A stretch of DNA of 64,000 nucleotides from positions 5,267-69,266 of the IMG/VR virus record IMGVR_UViG_3300028925_012913, one strand, 5' to 3'. Both the position numbers and the translations under genes were made by a program. Of this stretch, positions 57,776 to 64,000 are shown one piece after another. Numbering within the stretch: the stretch's first letter is position 1; every line of letters begins with the position of its first letter. Below the pieces are notes generated by a model that searched no databases, had not been told where the DNA came from, and saw only the letters and a list, made by a program, of their open reading frames with translations. The stretch is from a virus.

Positions 57776-60700
57776 TTATCTAAACTGGTCTACGTTTCGT
57801 TTTACTCTAATCAGCTCTTGCTCTGCTCTAACCAAAGATCTCATTAGTTCTCGTTGCACTTTTCTTAGTCTCTCTTCGTAAATTTTTTCTAAACTACCAA
57901 ATTTGTTTTGAGTGCTAAAGTTGTAAGTAGTATTAATACCATTGGTTCCAATGTTTACAGATATGTCTGTTACAGGAGGGCCTTCGTCGCCTGTGCTATT
58001 ACCCTTATCAATGTTTATTCCTAATCCGTACTTTGGTGGCCCTGTTAGGGTTACAGATCCTGCTTCGTAATACCTCTCTGTATCTTTTAACGCGCTATTA
58101 ATATTTGCTACAGCAGACATGTCCATGATTGTCTCTCCACCAAAACTTGCGGGGTTATATGAATCGTCTATATCAAATTCTGGTTTACCAAACTCTAAAC
58201 CAAAAGCCCAAGGTCCCCATCTATAAGAAGTACTTTCTTGAGGAACTCCTGCATGCCAAGGTTTATAAGCAGCCGCAATAAAAGACCCTTTACTCAGGTC
58301 GCCAGCTACTTTTTGTTGCCCAAGAAGATTGTTTTTAAGAGCATCAATCTGTTGATAACCAATATCTTCTGGAGACTGTCCCATAAACCAAGCTCGGGTT
58401 AAAGCAAGGCTATTTTCTGTATTCACTAAAGGAATTTCAAACGAATGTTTAGACTTATCACTAGACGAAGAAAGCCCATCGTTAGTCTTGTAGGAAACCC
58501 TTGCTGGCAAAGTAATTAAAGCGTAAGGCTTTTTAGCAAAAGCTGTTTCGCCGCTTGTAGTTTCTTTCCATTCGTAAGGCCTTGTACAATCATCCTCATT
58601 TGCCTGTTTAATGTCTCCGATTTCGCATTCTGAACCTTTATCATCTACACATTCACATCTTCCCTTTAAAGAAAACTGTTCTAATGATCTAGGATTAAGT
58701 TCTGTTTTTCCGGGATTGTTGCTAGGGCCTATTTCCGCATAAGCATCTGGAGATTCATTATCGTTTATTGCTCTAGTTTGATTATCTGGTAAATACCTTT
58801 CTCCAGCTCTATGTAGATAATATTGCTCAAGACTTGGTATTCTTGTGGCGTGCTTGTTAGGTATTCTTTCGTACAAAGACCTTTCTTCTATCCAATATGT
58901 TTTGGGGTCTACGGAGACTTGTACAAAAACTTTATCTCCGTAAATATTCCAGTTTGCCTTGTCGATTTCTTCAAGAGTCGGTTCTATCTGAAACCTTCTC
59001 CTATTTGAGACCAAGACTTTTGTAGATTCAGCTTGTCCTAGTTCAGACAATGTAACCTTTTCAGGGTCTATACCACCAAAATCAATTTCCGATTTGATGG
59101 CTGCAACCCTTTTTTGTTCGTTAGAAGGAAATATAACAAAAGCTTTTAAGTTCCCCTCATCACTCCAGAAATTCATATTTGTTGGCCACATATCACTAAC
59201 TGGTATAATATCACGCTCATATACGTTGACTGAGTTACCATCTGTGTCTTTTTCATCTTCGCAACTTTCTTCGGCTGTGCTTCCAGTTGCTAACGAACCA
59301 AGTTGGGCTTGAGCAGTTACTTCTTTTCGCGTTTCTTTATTGATACATTTGTCTTTTTTCCTTAGATCAACGTCTCCTCCCGGCCAGCCAGCATTGGCTA
59401 TTTCCCATTTATTTACTTCTGTTACGCCATCGTTGTTCATCCATTGTGAAACATCTGCATGAGGACCCCACTCATATCCGGCTGCTTCACATTCTTTTTT
59501 AAATTTATATCTTTTTGCTGTTATTTTCCCTGATTTTTCATCTTTTACTGCCGTCGTAGGATCTCTTCCCGTACAATACGTTTCTGTCTTAGGGTTTGCT
59601 GGAAGGGGAACTAAATATTTTTTTCCATAGAAATTAGTAGCTAGGTTTTTTACGTCTTGGTAAATTAATTCCATTTGCATTTTAGTGAACCCATAGGTAC
59701 TCAATTCACCATTTATTAAGTTAGCAACTTTAGCGCCTAAATGTTCAGTAGCCTTTTCTCTATTTCCAGCATGGTTTATTTGATACATTGTGGCTGTTGA
59801 AAGAGGTTCATTTTGTGCTATTTGAGCAAGCGTAATATAACTATCTTGCGACTGTTGACCAACTCCTGCTTTTAAGTGAGGTTCTGCCGCTACACAAACT
59901 GAAGCCCAAGCATTGGCTCCATTTGGCTCTTGATTGTAAAGCATACATCCTAAACGAGGATGCATCTCTCTAAGATACACTAGCCAAGATTCAAAACTGA
60001 CAGCCGCGTGTCGCAATTCAGTGACTGTTGCGAAATGATACCCGAAACCTTCAGCAATCTCTTTTTTTCGTGTAGCTTCCCTCAGGTATTTACCAATCTG
60101 AAGTGGAATAGTCGCGGTTCTTGGATTCATTAAATGAGCTAAATCATTTGGAGAATCACTGTATGACATAAGGTTAGTGGGACTGCGACTATCGAGGTTT
60201 TCATCTATTACTCCGTCAATTTTTCCCGAGTAACAATCCTCATCGGTTACTTTAAAGGCAATCGATACCCCTTCCAGCTCATCCGTGGCTGTCTCCGCGT
60301 GACACGTCCCATATTCAAATCTATGTCTGACATTTACATATCCGGGCTTGGGAGTATCTTCTTCTGAAATTTGTTTTCCTGTATGATGATCTGTTATTGG
60401 AAAAGTATGAGTAGAGTTACTTTGTCCTTTTGTTGGAAAGTAGGGTCTATTTATCCATTTAGCCTGACCACTATATTTTTCCTTACAATCTTTAGCTGTC
60501 AAAGCGTCTGTTCCTTCACCCTTTTTGTACACAGGATCAAATAGCTGCGAAGATGTAGACTTGTCTGTTTTAAATATATCCTGCTGCGCCACGCAACCGT
60601 CTTGATATGCAACTCTCATTGTCACAGCTTGGCAATGCTTATTGTATAATCCTCCTGTAGATGAGAATGTGTTTTCGTCGCCGTCTGCAACAGCTCCAGA

Positions 60701-63700
60701 ATCATTTATAGGAGCAAATGCGTATTTCTCCCCCGAGTTTGGTTTGTCTCCAGAGTCATCGGTCATGTCCCTACGAAGTTCAGCGTACTGTTCACAGGTT
60801 CCCTCATCAAATACAAGCTGTATCTTTGAACCTGTCGTTTCCGGTGGGTGGATTTGCCAATGTCTGTCTTCTGGTTTTGCTATCTGTCCTTTTTTGCGAG
60901 ATTCTGACCCCTCGGATACATCCTCTGTGTAAAAAGCTACTATTGCTTCTCCAGCCGGTTTTGAAGGGTCGTCGAGTGGATGAAGAATAAAACAAGCCCC
61001 CAGACAACTACTTTCAGTTTTATGTAAATTATTTCCTTTTCCAGCAGAGTCTTCATACAAAACTTCAATTTTTTTGCCATCTGAAGAAGAACAAGTGCTA
61101 TTTTTTTTACAGTGGGATCTAAAGTGAGTTTTGGTGTAGCCTCCTGTTACTTCACCAATTTCTGCACTCGCTGTAACTCCAATCTCTAGTATCGCGCCGG
61201 GGATGATATAAGAAATATCCGCTGCGGCTTTTCTTCCTTTAAAACATTCTCCTACAATAAATTGTTGTCCTATATCATTATTGAGATTAAGTCCACCATC
61301 CCATCCATTTTGAGGATTACATTCACACAGTACGGGATTATTTTTAAAAGCATCAACTTTTTCTCCATTATCGTCTCGATAACACTCTCCAAGAGATGGA
61401 TTATAAAATTCTATATTACTAAAAATACCATCATAAGGATGAAAATCTCTATAAGGGTCATCATCAATCCACATTCCTTTTATAGGATTTCCCTGAGCAG
61501 ACATATCAATAATATCATCAAGAATATTAGAATGTGCCGCGCTTACATTTTTTTGCTCAAAACCCCAGCAAGGAAACAAATCTAAATATCCGCTAGTAGC
61601 ACCGTCATAACGATGAAGAAATGAATTCTCTTGATTATTCTTACATTCTTCTTCGTTGTCAGGCGTGTACCATTGCCCACCAATGGTACTGCATATTTTT
61701 TCGTTTGGGACTATTTCGCCTTTTTCGAACCAGTCGAGGCCAGCAGTATTACAATCAGATTTATTTTCTATACCAGACAGTTGATCGTTGATGTCAATGC
61801 AGGTTCCCTCTGGAAATTTTTTGTCACATGTTTCGCCATCACAACGTCCTGTTTCTGCCAATGTAAATGAATTGATTCTATTAAACTGAAAGGGGTCAAA
61901 CTTACCATCTCTATCTACATAATCCCAAGGCAAAGTAAAGGGTAAATAATTATCATTACTGACACTAGGCAGGTTTTGTCTAAAATCAAATGCCGGAAAA
62001 TCACTAGCCTTTTCTTCGTGTCCATATTCATTCCAACCCGCCGAAGAGCCATCAGCAAAGGTATCCCAATCACTCTTGAGGTTATTTTTAAGAGTGACTC
62101 CATCTGTTTCTATAGAAGGTAAATATTCGTGTAAAACATCGTCTCTTAAATCGGGGTCTGTTTGTTCCATACCAGATTTCGCTGAGTCTGGCAGTGCATC
62201 GTAATCAGAATAATAAGAACCTATCTTCGAGTCTGAGAACTTCTTTGGGTAATACCCTTCTTTAAATTCTTCGAGATTATCCTTTGCTGCGTCTGTCAAG
62301 TAAAAAGAATAACCCTTTCGTTTTCTGTCTCCAAGTGGAGTCACTCCTACCACTCTTGTTCTTCTCCCACCAATTAGCATCTTCCCAGTTACAGGATCTG
62401 AAAATTCATAACTAATATTCGAACTAACTAAGGTCGAATGTTGTACTTCCTTGTCGCCTATCTTTTTATGCTTACCTTTAGCATCTCGATCTGGAGCAGC
62501 AAATAAACCGCTAGGATTATCGTTCCCAGATTCACCGCCTGTGGCTAACATAATAGATCTGTGTATTAATCCTTCTTTTACAAGAGGTTCTCCAAAAAGA
62601 CTCTTTTCTACCTCTGGTATTTGGTTTTTACTTATAAGTTGGATTTTTATTACTCCAGCATAATTTTCTTCATTAGCCGCCGGAAGAGTCAATTCACCTA
62701 TAGAATCTCCAAAAACATTTTTTCTATTTGGAGCTTCAAGAGAAACAAAAAAGTGATAACCTGCGGTATTACACACTTGTTGTATTAAGGAAAGAAGGGA
62801 TATCTTGTCTGTGTTAATTCTAAAGTCAGGAGGTAGACTTCCAAGTCCTTCATCAGTTTGGTCTGACAAAGCTACTAAATCTGATAAGTCTACTTTATAT
62901 CTATAAACGCCATCTGTTATTGAGAGCAGTCCCTTTTGAAATGCCCCAAATATACTCCCACGAACCGCGCCAAAAGGCGGGTATACAGTTGGGTCGTCAT
63001 TTTGGCCAGTAGCGTTTGTTGTTTTATACCTTCTATCTATACCGTAGTATAAAGGGCCACCAAAAGGTTCGTTGTTCTTAATATACTCTGGACTACTCCC
63101 ACTTAAAATAAGATCTAAAGCCGGTAATATGCCAAATGCACCTTTAAACTTGTTAACGAGGTCGGTTACCTCTGGTCTATAGTCTGCTTTCGCGTATTTG
63201 GGGCTAAAATTTTTATGCCAGAGCATTCCAGCTTCATTTATTCCAGAAAATCCAAATTCGACAGATTCATAAAAACCAAAGACATTAATTATGTTATAAT
63301 ATCCATTCCACCCATCATCAAGTGTTCTCTCAATACCTCGAACTTCATCGACTTCGAACGGATTCTTGGATGCCTGAGCACCACCTGTCGTATTTCCAAT
63401 ACCCACAACGTTATGAGCGTCAGCAGGAGAAGTTCTTCCCGAGAACCCTTTAAGTATAACAACTGTGTTTTCTAAGACCTCTCTTGGGTCTGTTATATTG
63501 ACCGTATAAGTTCTCCCGGAAGTAGACCAGCTCTGTTCAAATTTAGTAAGAATACCATTAAACTCAAACGCTATTTTACAATGGTCTTCTTTATCCTTAC
63601 TGTTTCTGTTTTCTACACAATATGGAATTTCTCCGCTCTCAGACTCAGACTCAGACTCAGACCCCTTCAGCCTCTTTTTTTCATTCAGGTCTTTAGTATC

Positions 63701-64000
63701 GTAATACTTAAAATACACAGGAGCTCCCGGCTTTGGAGCCCACATAGTATCACCACGACCATTTTTCCTGTCTACACCTCTGTCTGTTTTGACCCCATAA
63801 AAAGGCCCAAAAGGACGCGCCTCCTCCTCTACCCCTCCGTACCCATGTTCATTTAACAAAGGCTTAGGAAAGGCTTTGTCATCCCAAGGATGATAACCTT
63901 CTGTTACAGCTGTTCTTATCCTATCTTGAGTAAGAAAAGTTCCGTAATTTAAATCATCTTCAATAAGCCTAACTGATAAACTAGAACCATTGCTATTTAG
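57776..64000 (-). CDS. Very large probable tail protein with inserted Cys-rich modules (N-terminus outside window)
   Basis: Frame stays open from the track start 63859 to the window edge (47 more codons, ...LNSNGSSLSVRLIEDD...); >2070 aa; C-terminal VTDISVNIGTNGINTTYNF plus coiled coil. Confidence 0.8.
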   Translation of the reverse strand, partial: LNSNGSSLSVRLIEDDLNYGTFLTQDRIRTAVTEGYHPWDDKAFPKPLLNEHGYGGVEEEARPFGPFYGVKTDRGVDRKNGRGDTMWAPKPGAPVYFKYYDTKDLNEKKRLKGSESESESESGEIPYCVENRNSKDKEDHCKIAFEFNGILTKFEQSWSTSGRTYTVNITDPREVLENTVVILKGFSGRTSPADAHNVVGIGNTTGGAQASKNPFEVDEVRGIERTLDDGWNGYYNIINVFGFYESVEFGFSGINEAGMLWHKNFSPKYAKADYRPEVTDLVNKFKGAFGILPALDLILSGSSPEYIKNNEPFGGPLYYGIDRRYKTTNATGQNDDPTVYPPFGAVRGSIFGAFQKGLLSITDGVYRYKVDLSDLVALSDQTDEGLGSLPPDFRINTDKISLLSLIQQVCNTAGYHFFVSLEAPNRKNVFGDSIGELTLPAANEENYAGVIKIQLISKNQIPEVEKSLFGEPLVKEGLIHRSIMLATGGESGNDNPSGLFAAPDRDAKGKHKKIGDKEVQHSTLVSSNISYEFSDPVTGKMLIGGRRTRVVGVTPLGDRKRKGYSFYLTDAAKDNLEEFKEGYYPKKFSDSKIGSYYSDYDALPDSAKSGMEQTDPDLRDDVLHEYLPSIETDGVTLKNNLKSDWDTFADGSSAGWNEYGHEEKASDFPAFDFRQNLPSVSNDNYLPFTLPWDYVDRDGKFDPFQFNRINSFTLAETGRCDGETCDKKFPEGTCIDINDQLSGIENKSDCNTAGLDWFEKGEIVPNEKICSTIGGQWYTPDNEEECKNNQENSFLHRYDGATSGYLDLFPCWGFEQKNVSAAHSNILDDIIDMSAQGNPIKGMWIDDDPYRDFHPYDGIFSNIEFYNPSLGECYRDDNGEKVDAFKNNPVLCECNPQNGWDGGLNLNNDIGQQFIVGECFKGRKAAADISYIIPGAILEIGVTASAEIGEVTGGYTKTHFRSHCKKNSTCSSSDGKKIEVLYEDSAGKGNNLHKTESSCLGACFILHPLDDPSKPAGEAIVAFYTEDVSEGSESRKKGQIAKPEDRHWQIHPPETTGSKIQLVFDEGTCEQYAELRRDMTDDSGDKPNSGEKYAFAPINDSGAVADGDENTFSSTGGLYNKHCQAVTMRVAYQDGCVAQQDIFKTDKSTSSQLFDPVYKKGEGTDALTAKDCKEKYSGQAKWINRPYFPTKGQSNSTHTFPITDHHTGKQISEEDTPKPGYVNVRHRFEYGTCHAETATDELEGVSIAFKVTDEDCYSGKIDGVIDENLDSRSPTNLMSYSDSPNDLAHLMNPRTATIPLQIGKYLREATRKKEIAEGFGYHFATVTELRHAAVSFESWLVYLREMHPRLGCMLYNQEPNGANAWASVCVAAEPHLKAGVGQQSQDSYITLAQIAQNEPLSTATMYQINHAGNREKATEHLGAKVANLINGELSTYGFTKMQMELIYQDVKNLATNFYGKKYLVPLPANPKTETYCTGRDPTTAVKDEKSGKITAKRYKFKKECEAAGYEWGPHADVSQWMNNDGVTEVNKWEIANAGWPGGDVDLRKKDKCINKETRKEVTAQAQLGSLATGSTAEESCEDEKDTDGNSVNVYERDIIPVSDMWPTNMNFWSDEGNLKAFVIFPSNEQKRVAAIKSEIDFGGIDPEKVTLSELGQAESTKVLVSNRRRFQIEPTLEEIDKANWNIYGDKVFVQVSVDPKTYWIEERSLYERIPNKHATRIPSLEQYYLHRAGERYLPDNQTRAINDNESPDAYAEIGPSNNPGKTELNPRSLEQFSLKGRCECVDDKGSECEIGDIKQANEDDCTRPYEWKETTSGETAFAKKPYALITLPARVSYKTNDGLSSSSDKSKHSFEIPLVNTENSLALTRAWFMGQSPEDIGYQQIDALKNNLLGQQKVAGDLSKGSFIAAAYKPWHAGVPQESTSYRWGPWAFGLEFGKPEFDIDDSYNPASFGGETIMDMSAVANINSALKDTERYYEAGSVTLTGPPKYGLGINIDKGNSTGDEGPPVTDISVNIGTNGINTTYNFSTQNKFGSLEKIYEERLRKVQRELMRSLVRAEQELIRVKRNVDQFR
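63638..63661. repeat. (CTCAGA)4 hexamer repeat encoding Ser-Glu repeats
   Basis: Directly visible. Confidence 0.85.

Larger units (their letters stand above)
1..64000. mobile_element. Segment of a large dsDNA bacteriophage genome (jumbo-phage-like)
   Basis: Tightly packed, overlapping (ATGA/TTGA) genes in two long convergent blocks; phage-style set of RNR, dUTPase, PhoH, dNMP kinase, RecA, DnaB, DnaG, DnaE, Cas4-like nuclease, holin-like proteins, many ORFans and giant putative virion proteins; no ribosomal or other core cellular operons. Confidence 0.9.

Noticed and set aside
753-63856. Numerous 60-140 aa antisense or alternate-frame ORFs in the ORF track
   Set aside because: They lie wholly within longer, motif-bearing genes and show no recognisable motifs; treated as shadow ORFs
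45267-64000. Eukaryotic or giant-virus (NCLDV) origin of the Cys-rich genes, or a chimeric contig
   Set aside because: Same promoter motif, SD usage and base composition as the phage block; the rest of the window has sigma factors, DnaE, DnaB and DnaG; the junction is a clean bidirectional terminator
1-64000. Alternative genetic code (stop-codon reassignment)
   Set aside because: Conserved genes are full length under code 11 and TAA, TAG and TGA all serve as stops

Overview
Gene-dense, AT-rich 64 kb segment of a large (jumbo-type) tailed dsDNA bacteriophage, standard genetic code. The + strand (1-43.9 kb) carries two sigma-70-family factors, ClpP-like and DeoC-like proteins, a holin-like/M19 dipeptidase cassette, two thioredoxins (CGPC and CPHC), nucleotide metabolism (NrdA/NrdB, dUTPase, dNMP kinase, PhoH), a bacterial-type replisome (RecA, DnaB, DnaG, SSB, a DnaE split into two genes around a DnaQ-like exonuclease) and an approx. 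11 kb glycosyltransferase/NDP-sugar cluster. After a bidirectional terminator at 43.9 kb, the - strand encodes putative virion proteins, including a 3555-aa protein with about 5% Cys and a >2070-aa protein running off the window. Most notable: (1) giant Cys-module proteins alongside a CGPC/CPHC thioredoxin pair and extensive glycosylation machinery, a possible phage-encoded virion modification system (inference); (2) an intein-free split DnaE; (3) a tyrosyl-radical-free class Ic (Mn/Fe) RNR beta subunit; (4) a structured leader RNA upstream of nrdA; (5) a recurrent GTGTATAATA promoter motif; (6) several enzyme homologues with altered or lost catalytic residues. No tRNA, rRNA or CRISPR array was recognised. 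All functional calls come from motif recognition by eye, with no database searches.
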